64,000 bases of DNA from contig JADKCG010000011.1 in assembly GCA_016714745.1 (NCBI GenBank), forward strand, positions 41,690 to 105,689, given 5' to 3'. The position numbers and the translations under genes were made by a program. Under the pieces are notes generated by a model. It was not told where the DNA came from, searched no databases, and saw nothing but the letters and a program-made list of their open reading frames with translations. Below, piece by piece: positions 47,958 to 57,493 of this stretch. The DNA is from Elusimicrobiota bacterium (lineage in GTDB: Bacteria; Elusimicrobiota; Elusimicrobia; FEN-1173). How positions within the stretch are numbered: the stretch's first letter is position 1; every line of letters starts with the position of its first letter.

Positions 47958-48888
47958 ATTTGTTCACGACCTATCTCAAGCCAAGTCGCTTTTTGAAGCG
48001 CTCGCGGCTGAAAAATCGATTCTCCCGATCGTGATTGAGAAAGATTACTGGGTCATGCATTGTCTTTGGGGCCTGCAACAGAACGACTTGAAATTCGAGA
48101 TGAAGGGGGGCACGTCTCTCTCGAAAGGATGGGGATGCATTGAGCGTTTTTCGGAAGACATCGACATTCGTTTTGAAGCACCGGAAGATTTGAACCTCAA
48201 AGGGACGAAACCAATAAATATTGATGCCCGTCTCGCTTTCTTTGATACGCTGGCAAATAGAATTCAGGTCCCGGACATTCTCGTTGAAAGGAATCGCTCT
48301 TATGACGACGAGAAAGCCTACAATGGAGGGATCGGACTCAAATACAATTCACACTTTCTCTCGGTTCCAGGCTTGAAACCGGAAGTTCTGCTGGAGGTTG
48401 GCTTTGCTCGGACAGCCCCCCACGAGCCCCGAGATATCAGCAGTTGGGCCTTGGAAAGGGCCCTCGAGGCGAAGGCAAAAGTTTTCGACAATCGGGCCCG
48501 GGCGGTCCTTTGCTTCAATCCGGAATACACCTTCGTGGACAAACTTCAAACCATCTGTAAAAAATTTCGTCAATACCGAGATCGGAAAGAAGAGCGCGAC
48601 CGCCCGCGCCAGTTCTTACGTCACTATTACGATCTCTTCAAGCTCCTGGAACTCGATCGGGTAAAATCATTTCTGAAAACATCGGACTACAACGCCTACA
48701 AAGCCGAAAAGATTCGCGGAAAAGACGCTATTGAATTCGATTCCCGGAGCGCCTTCCTCTTTCGGGACGAAACCATGAGGCACGATTTCGAGATCGAGTA
48801 TGATTCGATGAACAGCCTTCTCCTCTCTCCCGGTCCCACTTTCAAAGTTATCATCGAAAGACTCAAGAAATTCAGCCCCTCGTTTTAG
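47950..48888 (+). CDS. Nucleotidyltransferase AbiEii/AbiGii-family toxin (DUF1814)
   Basis: From ATG 47950: MPKFVHDL...IEKDYWVMHCLWGL...FEMKGGTSLSKGWGCIERFSEDIDIRF. Confidence 0.75.
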   Translation: MPKFVHDLSQAKSLFEALAAEKSILPIVIEKDYWVMHCLWGLQQNDLKFEMKGGTSLSKGWGCIERFSEDIDIRFEAPEDLNLKGTKPINIDARLAFFDTLANRIQVPDILVERNRSYDDEKAYNGGIGLKYNSHFLSVPGLKPEVLLEVGFARTAPHEPRDISSWALERALEAKAKVFDNRARAVLCFNPEYTFVDKLQTICKKFRQYRDRKEERDRPRQFLRHYYDLFKLLELDRVKSFLKTSDYNAYKAEKIRGKDAIEFDSRSAFLFRDETMRHDFEIEYDSMNSLLLSPGPTFKVIIERLKKFSPSF

Positions 48889-48927
48889 GAAGGGCCTCGC
48901 CCAAGAGAAATTCTATAATGTGCTCCT

Positions 48928-50597
48928 ATGACCCTGGCTCCCATCGCGGCAATGGCGTGCATCGTTTTTTTGGCCGCTTACCTAATTTATGGCCGGATTC
49001 TTTCCCGGCTGTTTGGGCTTGACCGAAATCGGGTCACGCCGGCCCATGCCCTTCGGGACGGGGTGGACTATGTGCCGGCCAAGGGGCCGCCGTTAATGGC
49101 CCAACATTTTTCCGCCATTTCGGCGGCGGGCCCCATCGTGGGGCCGATCTTGGCGGGATTGTGGTTCGGATGGCTTCCGGCGCTCCTTTGGATCGTTTTC
49201 GGATCGATCTTCATGGGCGCCGTTCACGATTACACGAGTTTGGTGGGGTCCATTCGGCATAAAGCCGCGTCCGTAGCGGAAATAATTCGGGAACACGTGG
49301 GCGGCCGGGCCTACAAATTTTTTGTGGCGTTTGTGTGGCTCTCCCTGGTCTATGTCATCACCGCTTTTACGGACATCACCAGCGCCAGTTTTGTGGAACC
49401 CCATTACGGCGGAGGGGTGGCCACCGCATCGACTTTTTATCTTTTAATTGGCCTGGCGTTGGGATTGGCCTTGACCAAAGCCCGCGTGCCGCTCTGGCGG
49501 GCGACCCTGATCGCCTTGCCCTTGGTGGGCGTGGCCATTGCCTGGGGACAATCGTTCCCCCTGCGATTTCCAGACAGCGGCTGGATTCGACCCCAGCTCG
49601 CTTGGAACTTCATTATTTTGGGTTACTGTTTCATTGCGTCCCAGATTCCCCTCTGGCTCTTGGTCCAACCGCGCGGCTATTTGGGAGGATACTTTCTTTA
49701 CGGCACGCTCTTGGCGGGAATCGTGGGACTCTTTTTGGGGGGCGATAAAATCCAATATCCCGCGACGCTCGGGTTCATGGGACAAACAGGGCGGCCCTCT
49801 TTTCCCCATGCTATTTGTGACGGTGGCCTGCGGCGCCTGCTCCGGGGTTCCATGGATTGGTGGGGTCGGGGACCACCTCCAAACAAATCGACGTGGAAAC
49901 CGATTGCCGATTGGTGGGATACGGAGGGATGTTGCTTGAAGCCCTGGTGGCCGTGGTGGCTCTCTCCACACTCATGGTATTGCCCCTGGGAGACGCGTCC
50001 CTGGGGCTCGGACCCGATCGAATCTACGCGGCGGGGTTGGCGCGGTTCGTGGAACGGTTCGGCATCAATCCCGAAATCGCGCGAAACTTTGCTCTTCTCG
50101 CGTTCGCCACATTTATTTATGATACGTTGGACGTCACCACACGGTTGGGGCGTTACATGTTACAGGAACTGACCGGCTGGACCGGTGTCAAAAGCGGGAT
50201 GGTGACGACGCTCCTCACCCTGGCGCTTCCCGCGGTTTTCGTGACGATCCGGATCGTTGACGTTTCGGGCAATCCCGTGCCCGCATGGAAAATGTTTTGG
50301 ACCATTTTTGGCACATCCAACCAACTCCTGGCGGGCCTCACGCTTTTGGGCCTCACCGTGTGGCTGAAAGAACGCGGGGGACGCGTGTGGCTCGTCACCG
50401 CCCTGCCCATGGTGTTTATGATGGCCATGACGTTGTGGGCCCTGGGCCGAACCATCGCCCCCTGGGCCGCCACTCTCTTCACCCGACCCCACTGGGAAAC
50501 CATCCCCGTGGTCGCGGTCGTCCTTAGCGGTTTGGCCGTTTTGTTGATTGTTGATTCCGTTCGAATCGTAAATAAAAAACAAAGGATTCCCCAATGA
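48928..50597 (+). CDS. cstA: Carbon starvation protein CstA-family transporter, frame interrupted twice
   Basis: ...VDYVPAKGPPLMAQHFSAISAAGPIVGPILA.. joins GGPLFPMLFVTVACGACSG, which joins FHGLVGSGTTSKQIDVE... The shifts are at about 49788-49795 and in the G4 run 49844-49847. Confidence 0.85.
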
Positions 50598-51043
50598 TGT
50601 CCTCTTTCGACTTGAAACATACGCTTTTGCTGGGTTGGCCGATTCTCTCGGTTCTATTGGTGTTTTCTATTCTCACCGTATCCATCTTTTTTGAATGCCT
50701 GTCGCTCCACCAACGAATCCGAACCGACATATCAAAGGGAGACGGCGCCGAGCTCAAATCGCTGTTCAACCGGGCCGAACAGCGATTGGCCATCCTGGGA
50801 ACGTTGGCCAACGCCGCCCCGTTTGTCGGCCTTTTGGGAACGGTGATCGGCATCATCCGGGCGTTTCACACGATCAGCCAAGCGTCGGGGTCCGGCGGAG
50901 GCATGGCCCTTGTGGCGGGTGGCATCTCCGAAGCGCTTTTCTCCACAGCCGCGGGTCTCGCCGTGGCCATTCCCGCCAGCATGCTGTTCAACTATTTCAC
51001 TTTCAAAAACGAGAAATTGATGGAGACCGCGGGGATCGAATAA
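50594..51043 (+). CDS. tolQ: MotA/TolQ/ExbB-family proton channel
   Basis: LGTLANAAPFVGLLGTVIGIIRAF...GGISEALFSTAAGLAVAIPASMLFNYF. Confidence 0.8.
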   Translation: MMSSFDLKHTLLLGWPILSVLLVFSILTVSIFFECLSLHQRIRTDISKGDGAELKSLFNRAEQRLAILGTLANAAPFVGLLGTVIGIIRAFHTISQASGSGGGMALVAGGISEALFSTAAGLAVAIPASMLFNYFTFKNEKLMETAGIE

Positions 51044-51483
51044 TGAAAGTCCATCTGGGGTCCCACAAGAAAAAACACCTCATCACGGAAATCAACATGG
51101 TGCCGTTCATCGACGTGGTGCTGGTGCTGTTGATCATCTTTATGATCCTGTCGCCCTTCATCGCCCAATCCCAAATCCCCGTGAGCCTGCCCCGGGCCGC
51201 GGGCCAACCGGGAGACGACGACGCGCCCCTGAAAGTGAAGATCACGAAAGACGGCGATTATTATGTGGGTGACCAGCGCGTTCTCCGAAACAATTTGGCG
51301 GAAAAACTGACCCAGGACATCGCCCGCAACAACCGGCGCGCTGTGTTGATCGAAGCCGACCGGGACGTGTCGTTTAAGAACGTGGTGTTGGCCCTGGACG
51401 CGGCGCAGAAACTCAACGCCGTCAAGGTCGGGGTGGCGGTCCTTCCCACAGAGGACATCGACGCCGCGCCCCCGAAGAAATAA
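51044..51483 (+). CDS. tolR: ExbD/TolR-family protein
   Basis: From ATG 51044: ...EINMVPFIDVVLVLLIIFMI...VLIEADRDVSFKNVVLALDAAQKLNAVKVGV. Confidence 0.8.
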
Positions 51484-51513
51484 CTTGACAAGTCGTGTGG
51501 GGGTGATCTTCCC

Positions 51514-52254
51514 GTGACCCGATACTTGGCTTACTCTTCTGTTCTACACGGATTGGCCTTTGGCACCCTTTTGCTTTTCCTCTCTTGGACCGACCGCCCC
51601 CAAGCCTATTACGGGTTTCAATTTTTAGGCGGACAGTCGGGGTTTGGAACGGGTCGGCTGGAACCCGCTCCCGCGCCGGCACCGACGAAAGAAGTGGGCC
51701 ATCTCCCGGGGTCGGCCGCCAAAGAAGAAACGTTGCCCAAGTCGGACGATACCGATCGCGTGGCGATCGCGAAAAAAACAGCTTCAAAAAAAGAAACGGC
51801 CCCAACGGCCAAGTCCCCGGAGAAAAACCCAAAAAACAAAGCGGGAGAAAAGGGGGGGCGTGGCAACGCGGCGTTGGGGCACGGCGATTTTCAGGGATCC
51901 AAAACGGGGCCCGTCGGCGGTGTGGGGACGTCATTGGAAATCGGAGGGTTCGGACCCGGGGGAGCCGGAGGCGCGGGAAACCTGTTCCCCTATAAATGGT
52001 ATGGCGAATTGGTCTATAAAAAATTATGGGAAGCCTGGGACAGAACCGACGCCGGAACCTTGGAATGCAAAGTGGCATTTAAAATTTTAAAAGACGGCAA
52101 GGTGCTCAATGTTAAAATTAAAAGCACCTCCGGCGATGCGCTCTTCGACATGAACGCCAAACGCGCCGTCCTCGTGGCCGCGCCGTTCCCCAAACTTCCC
52201 GACGGCTTTAAAGAAGAAGAACTCCCGATCCTCGTTCGGTTTCGGCTGCAATAG
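51514..52254 (+). CDS. TonB/TolA-type energy-transducer protein
   Basis: GTG start, an N-terminal TM helix, a Lys/Pro/Glu-rich linker, and a TonB_C-like end (KVAFKILKDGKVLNVKIKSTSGDALFDMNAKRAVLVAAPFPKLP). Confidence 0.7.
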   Translation: MTRYLAYSSVLHGLAFGTLLLFLSWTDRPQAYYGFQFLGGQSGFGTGRLEPAPAPAPTKEVGHLPGSAAKEETLPKSDDTDRVAIAKKTASKKETAPTAKSPEKNPKNKAGEKGGRGNAALGHGDFQGSKTGPVGGVGTSLEIGGFGPGGAGGAGNLFPYKWYGELVYKKLWEAWDRTDAGTLECKVAFKILKDGKVLNVKIKSTSGDALFDMNAKRAVLVAAPFPKLPDGFKEEELPILVRFRLQ

Positions 52255-52471
52255 TCCCTTCTTAAAAAGGACCGCCGTTGTCGGGATTCCCTGGGTAAAC
52301 CGGGATCCATCCTATCACCCTGCAAAAAATGGGCGGGGAGAGGGAGGAAAGAATCTTATTCCGGTTTTGTGGCACGGGCAAGATGCCCGTGCTACAACTG
52401 CCTTTGGTGGAAGCTTCTTAGAAGGGGTTGTAACAGTAGCTAAAAATTCGGGCTCACGGACTGGACCCCGG

Positions 52472-53193
52472 CTATCTTACAACGGCGATTTTGAGATGGG
52501 AGCGAAAAGAAGTGTCGTTGGACTTTCCCTGGACCAAACCGAAATAAATCCCGCTGGAAATGGGACCTGTCCAGACAAATTCATAGGATGTTTTATCCCC
52601 CGTGATCGAGAGGGGGATCAGTGCCCCCTTCTCCACCAGATGGCCCGAGGTATCGAATATTTTGACCTCCAAGGTGTCCAACTGAACACCTTCCACATGG
52701 ACCACCGGGGTCGCACCCCCCACCGCAGGGTTCGGGTAGCAATACGCTTCGGCAATCCCCGCGGGAGAATTTACTCCCCGCACGATCACCGGCGTGGAGA
52801 GGGCTGACTCGTTACCAACCCCATCCAACGCCGAAACCTGGTACCGGTGTGTTTCCCCCGGATTCACACCGGTATCTTTAAATGAGGGTCCTTCCACCTG
52901 GGCAATTTTTCCCCGTCCCGATAGACCCTGTACCCGATCAACCCTGTGACCTGATCCGTTGAAGAATTCCATTTTATCTCCACCACATGCCCGAATTTGG
53001 CTGAAACTCCGCCTGGAGTTGTGGGAGGCTCACGGTCTTCAATGGGCTGGATACGGACGTGGGAGGAATCTGACATAAAGGGAATAGTCATCGAGACCCC
53101 CGATTCGACGGCCCCGCGAACCAGGCTCCCCCAAAAAGCGGTTCCAGCTAGAATAAAGAAAAGGTTTGATTTTACAGCTCGATTGTGTTTCAT
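52472..53193 (-). CDS. Secreted Fn3-like protein with a C-terminal sorting-type beta-sandwich (YPNP... tail), frame interrupted once
   Basis: Signal peptide. ..IKWNSSTDQVTGLIGYRVYRDGEK joins IAQVEGPSFKDTGVNPGETHRYQVSALD at the T/C runs 52906-52914. The C-terminus reads AYCYPNPAVGG...LEVKIFDTSGHLV...GIYFGLV...KIAVVR. Confidence 0.6.
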
Positions 53194-53331
53194 CTATTTT
53201 TTCCTCCCAGTTTGTTCCCTCACCCCAAACACATGCGACATCCCTGCCATTTCTCCCCCAAAAACTCACGTAAACCGTCGCCCCAGCGAAACCCGGGGCT
53301 TATTGGAGTTTATCGAGAAGGCGTCCGCATC

Positions 53332-53359
53332 TTGACAGGGTGGGTGCAAATGGTATTAT
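53332..53359 (+). promoter_or_regulatory. Sigma-70-type promoter (extended -10)
   Basis: TTGACA (53332-53337) - 16 nt - TGgTATTAT (-10 at 53354-53359). Confidence 0.5.
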
Positions 53360-53426
53360 TTCGGCAGTTCGGCTCCCAATGCGGTGGACCTCGTGTTGGG
53401 TTCTTAAAACGCGCCGGAACCGCGCC

Positions 53427-53460
53427 GTCTCGTTCCTTTAGGAGCGGGACGCTTTTTTTT
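53427..53460 (+). terminator. Intrinsic-terminator-like hairpin plus T8 in the leader of the permease gene
   Basis: GTCTCG-12 nt-CGGGAC followed by GCTTTTTTTT. The GGAG RBS and ATG 53472 follow immediately. Confidence 0.45.
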
Positions 53461-53471
53461 GGAGTGGATGA

Positions 53472-55436
53472 ATGATTAAAAAAATGAGGAACTGGGTCTT
53501 TGGGGCCCCTAAAAACCCACTTGACCCCCACGTTTTTCACAATGTTTCGTTAATAGCGTTTTTTGCTTGGGTTGGTCTGGGGGCGGACGGGTTAAGTTCG
53601 TCTTGTTACGGTCCGGAAGAGGCGTTCCGCGCCCTGGGCCCCTATTCCCACCTGGCCATCCCGCTGGCCATTGCGGTTGGACTTACCGTTTTTATCCTTT
53701 CCGCCAGTTATTCTCAAATTATCGAGGCGTTTCCTTCAGGGGGCGGCGGGTACCTGGTTGCCACAAAACTGATCGGCCCCATCCCTGGGCTTGTCTCCGG
53801 GGCGGCCCTGCTTGTGGATTACATCCTGACCGTCGCCATCTCGATCGCCTCCGGGGCTGACGCCATTTTCAGTTTTCTTCCCCCCCACCTGCTTCCCTAC
53901 AAATTTGCCGCTACACTTCTATGTCTTGGGATCCTTGTGACACTCAATTTACGAGGAGTTAAAGAATCCATCGTTGTTTTGACCCCTATCTTCATCGTTT
54001 TTCTTGTGACCCATTTGATCATCATTACCTTTGGGATTTTCTCACACGGTTCGGAACTGCCCGGGTTAGTCGGGACAACCATGACAGAAACGCGGGAAGG
54101 CATTGGAACCATCGGATTTTTGGCAATGGCCGGGATCTTTCTACGGGCCTTTTGTTTGGGAGGCGGGACGTTTACCGGCATTGAAGCCGTTTCCAACGGA
54201 CTCCAAATACTGCGCGAACCCCGCGTGGCCACCGGCAAACGCACCATGAAATATATGGCATTTTCCTTGGCTCTCACCGCCGGGGGAATACTCGTTGCCT
54301 ACGTTCTAAACGGGGTGCACCACCAGGAAGGGCGCACCATGAACGCGGTTCTTATCCAAGGCCTGGTCAAAAACTGGCCGGGCGGACATTTGTTCCTTTT
54401 GATCACCTTGCTCTCGGAAGGAGCACTGCTTCTGGTGGCCGCCCAGGCCGGTTTTTTAGCGGGCCCGCGAACAATGTCGAACATGGCCATTGATAACTGG
54501 CTCCCCCGCCGACTCACGAACCTGTCGGACCGGTTGGTCATTAAGGACGGCATTCTTTTCATCGGGCTCGCGGCCATGGCGATGCTCCTCTACACCAAAG
54601 CCGCCGTCCGAATCCTCATCGTGATGTATTCGATCAATGTCTTCTTAACCTTTTCCCTGACCCAGTATGGCATGGTCCTTCATTGGTTAAAAAAACGGGG
54701 AGACGGATGGAAACGCAAAATATCGGTGAGTTTTATCGGGCTTGCCCTGACGTCGGGGGTGCTGGTGGTCACCTCCGTGATCAAGTTTCAGGAGGGAGGC
54801 TGGGTCACTTTGCTCATCACAGGCGCTCTCATTGGTTTCTGTTTCTGGGTGCATGCCCATTACCAAGCCACCGCAAAAGCGCTCCGCCATCTGGACGATA
54901 TCCTCACCAACCTGCCCCTGCCGGAAGAACCGCCCGAGACAAAGAAACTTCCATCCAAACCCACGGCCGTCCTTCTGGTGAACGGGTATAACGGGATGGG
55001 CATCCACTCCCTCCTTTCAATCCACCGCCTGTTTCCCGGCCATTTTAAAAATTTCGTTTTCGTTTCTGTCGCTGTCATCGACTCCGACCGGTTCAAAGGA
55101 AAAGCCGAAATTGACAATCTCCGGGATTCCGCCCAGGCGGACCTGGACAAATACGTTCAGCTTTCCCAACGCATGGGACTTTACGCGGAATCGAAATTGA
55201 TCCTTGAAACAGACGTCATCGATGGACTGGAACGCGTCTGCGAGCAAGTGTCCCAACAGTGGCCGAAACGGGTTTTCTTCATGGGCCAATTGGCTTTTGA
55301 AGGAGAAACTTTTTGGACCCGTTTCTTGCACAACCGCACATCCTTCGTGCTTCAACGTCGATTGTTGTTTAACGGCCAGCAAGCCGTCATCTTGCCCATC
55401 CGTGTGCGGCTGAAACAGGCGGTTCTGCCGAAATAG
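53472..55436 (+). CDS. APC-superfamily amino-acid/polyamine-type permease with a cytoplasmic C-terminal extension
   Basis: 654 aa and multi-TM (GADGLSSSCYGPEEAF, GGGGYLVATKLIGP...), with a soluble tail of about 200 aa. Confidence 0.65.
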   Translation: MIKKMRNWVFGAPKNPLDPHVFHNVSLIAFFAWVGLGADGLSSSCYGPEEAFRALGPYSHLAIPLAIAVGLTVFILSASYSQIIEAFPSGGGGYLVATKLIGPIPGLVSGAALLVDYILTVAISIASGADAIFSFLPPHLLPYKFAATLLCLGILVTLNLRGVKESIVVLTPIFIVFLVTHLIIITFGIFSHGSELPGLVGTTMTETREGIGTIGFLAMAGIFLRAFCLGGGTFTGIEAVSNGLQILREPRVATGKRTMKYMAFSLALTAGGILVAYVLNGVHHQEGRTMNAVLIQGLVKNWPGGHLFLLITLLSEGALLLVAAQAGFLAGPRTMSNMAIDNWLPRRLTNLSDRLVIKDGILFIGLAAMAMLLYTKAAVRILIVMYSINVFLTFSLTQYGMVLHWLKKRGDGWKRKISVSFIGLALTSGVLVVTSVIKFQEGGWVTLLITGALIGFCFWVHAHYQATAKALRHLDDILTNLPLPEEPPETKKLPSKPTAVLLVNGYNGMGIHSLLSIHRLFPGHFKNFVFVSVAVIDSDRFKGKAEIDNLRDSAQADLDKYVQLSQRMGLYAESKLILETDVIDGLERVCEQVSQQWPKRVFFMGQLAFEGETFWTRFLHNRTSFVLQRRLLFNGQQAVILPIRVRLKQAVLPK

Positions 55437-55485
55437 AAAAATTTTAAAGCCAAAGGGCAATGGCGCCCCCGGACAGGAGTGACCT

Positions 55486-57309
55486 ATGGAATCCAAGGTA
55501 AATGAAGTTGTTGAAATATCTTCGGTCAAGTTTTTGGCGGGGTGTGCTTTGACCGCCGTGGCGGCCCTATTAGCGGGGTTTATAAAACCTCTCCCCGCAA
55601 GCCTGCTGGCGGCAGAGGTCCTGCTGACAATTTTGGCTCTTTTTGTATTCGGGTCCATTAAATATCGCATCGACAAAAATGCGCTCACCTTTGGCGCCGG
55701 GATTGTGATCACCGCCACCTTTTGGCCTATCTGGAAAGCCACCTGGGCGGCCAACGCAACCGCCGAAGGGGGAACGTGGGGGGGGCATATCCTCCACACC
55801 GCACAGCATTATCTTTTATCCCTGCACGGTTGGGATCAACTCGTTCACGCGGACACCATGCTCTTTATTTTGGGCCTCACATTTTTTGTGGCGGCCATTG
55901 CCCAAACGCGATTGTTGGAAACCGTGAGTTTCACGGTCTTGGATCAGGCCGGAGGTCGACTGGTGCCTACCGTGGCCGCCCTCACAGCGATCGTGGCCGC
56001 GGCCTCTGGCGTGTTGGACGGGGTGTCTATGATCGGCCTCATGATTCGGACGTTGGTGATTCTACTCTTCCTTGCCAAAGCCAAGAACGAACACGTGGTT
56101 TATGCGGTGATGGTGTCCACCGTGGTCACCACCGTTTGCGGCATGTGGCTGGCCTATGGCGAACCCCCCAACCTGATCATGAAATCCAACCTTCACCCCC
56201 ATTTGGACAACACCTTTTTCCTTCGCTACTGCCTCCCCGCCGCTGTCGGTAGCTACGCCATCGTTTTCTGGAACATGAAAAAACGTCTGACCGGACGAAC
56301 CGTGGACCTCCACAAACTCGATATTTTAGACCGCCATACAGCCGACGTGAGATTCCTCCAAGCGGTCCGACAGGGAAAGGTTATGACCGCCGTGGAGTTT
56401 GCGGAAACCCACGCAGAAACCCTCGGCACAAAATTCGAGCCTGTGATAAATCGTATTCACCAAGGCATCCCTTTTGGGGAAGCCTTGGTCAACGAGCATG
56501 TCTCAGCGGAAAAACGGATTCCGCTCCTGGCCGAATATTTGGACGAATCCCTGGCCCAAGACCTCGACAATTATTACGTCCACACTTTTGGCCGAAACGA
56601 CCATCAGGCAGATGAATCCGCCCGCAGACTGGGAAACACGCTGGACGCAACCCGCCGACTCAGAAGAAGCGCCCAGTTTATAGGAGTCCTCTCCTTTGTT
56701 CCTTTTATAGGATTGCTGATCCTCCATGCGGTCAACCACAATGTTCCGCTTTTCCTGGCGTCTTTCGCCGGGTTTACCGTGGCGTTCCTGAGCATCCTAC
56801 GGCACCGGAAAATCCGCACCCTCGCGTTGCACGATGGTTCACATGAATTCAAGGAGTATCTCTTCCTTCTTCCCCTCTTTCTATCCATCACTCTCCTACA
56901 GAAAACAGGGTTCTTCGACCAGCTGGCTCACTTTATACAATCGGGAGTGGAAAATTATGGAAAAACCTCCATGGCGCTCGGACAATTCGCCTTCGCCACA
57001 GTTCTTTCGGCCCTCCTGGACAACAACGTGGTCGCCGATTTCCTGGGGCGTGCGCTTAAAAACCTCGACGTGGTGCTGATCCACTTGTTCGCCATGGCCC
57101 AGATTGCCGGATATGCGTTGGGGGGATGCTGGACCCACATCGGGTCCGCCCAATCCGTTGTCGCGTATGCATTCGTCCACAAAGAAATCGACCACCGTTT
57201 TACCCCCTTTCAATGGATCAAAGCCATGACCCCCGTGATCCTCCAAATTGCGGTTTTCATGACAATTTTGATATTCGTGCAATCGAAACTCTCGGCATGG
57301 CTTCACTGA
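55486..57309 (+). CDS. Ion-transporter-superfamily (ArsB/NhaD/CitMHS-like) membrane permease
   Basis: 607 aa and polytopic. The motif GMWLAYGEPPNLIM resembles the GDPPN motif of this superfamily. A central hydrophilic loop is present. Confidence 0.5.
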   Translation: MESKVNEVVEISSVKFLAGCALTAVAALLAGFIKPLPASLLAAEVLLTILALFVFGSIKYRIDKNALTFGAGIVITATFWPIWKATWAANATAEGGTWGGHILHTAQHYLLSLHGWDQLVHADTMLFILGLTFFVAAIAQTRLLETVSFTVLDQAGGRLVPTVAALTAIVAAASGVLDGVSMIGLMIRTLVILLFLAKAKNEHVVYAVMVSTVVTTVCGMWLAYGEPPNLIMKSNLHPHLDNTFFLRYCLPAAVGSYAIVFWNMKKRLTGRTVDLHKLDILDRHTADVRFLQAVRQGKVMTAVEFAETHAETLGTKFEPVINRIHQGIPFGEALVNEHVSAEKRIPLLAEYLDESLAQDLDNYYVHTFGRNDHQADESARRLGNTLDATRRLRRSAQFIGVLSFVPFIGLLILHAVNHNVPLFLASFAGFTVAFLSILRHRKIRTLALHDGSHEFKEYLFLLPLFLSITLLQKTGFFDQLAHFIQSGVENYGKTSMALGQFAFATVLSALLDNNVVADFLGRALKNLDVVLIHLFAMAQIAGYALGGCWTHIGSAQSVVAYAFVHKEIDHRFTPFQWIKAMTPVILQIAVFMTILIFVQSKLSAWLH

Positions 57310-57493
57310 CATTCGTCCGCCGTCCGACGAAATACTTTGATCGACTTTTTATTCGAATCCTGTGATCCAACTTCAAATTCCGGGTATAAGATCTCACAAA
57401 CCGGGTTGTTCCCCCTTCCTGAAATCACCGCTCCTTTAGGCTTTTTGACCGCCCCCTTGACGGGAGAGGATTCCCCGGGCATAGTATAAGACC

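Noticed and set aside
50695-51043. N-terminal 116 aa of the 262-aa ORF 50695-51483
   Set aside because: This part overlaps the TolQ/ExbB-family gene in another frame and is Arg/Pro-rich. The ExbD/TolR-like sequence begins at ATG 51044, right after the tolQ stop.
52368-52386. TGGCACGGGCAAGATGC as a sigma-54 promoter
   Set aside because: It has no TTGC at the -12 position. The sequence is one arm of the recurrent CACGGGCA...TGCCCGTG hairpin.
55017-55799. 260-aa minus-strand ORF spanning the end of the APC permease gene and the start of the next transporter gene
   Set aside because: It crosses an intergenic region antisense to two well-supported membrane-protein genes and has no motifs.
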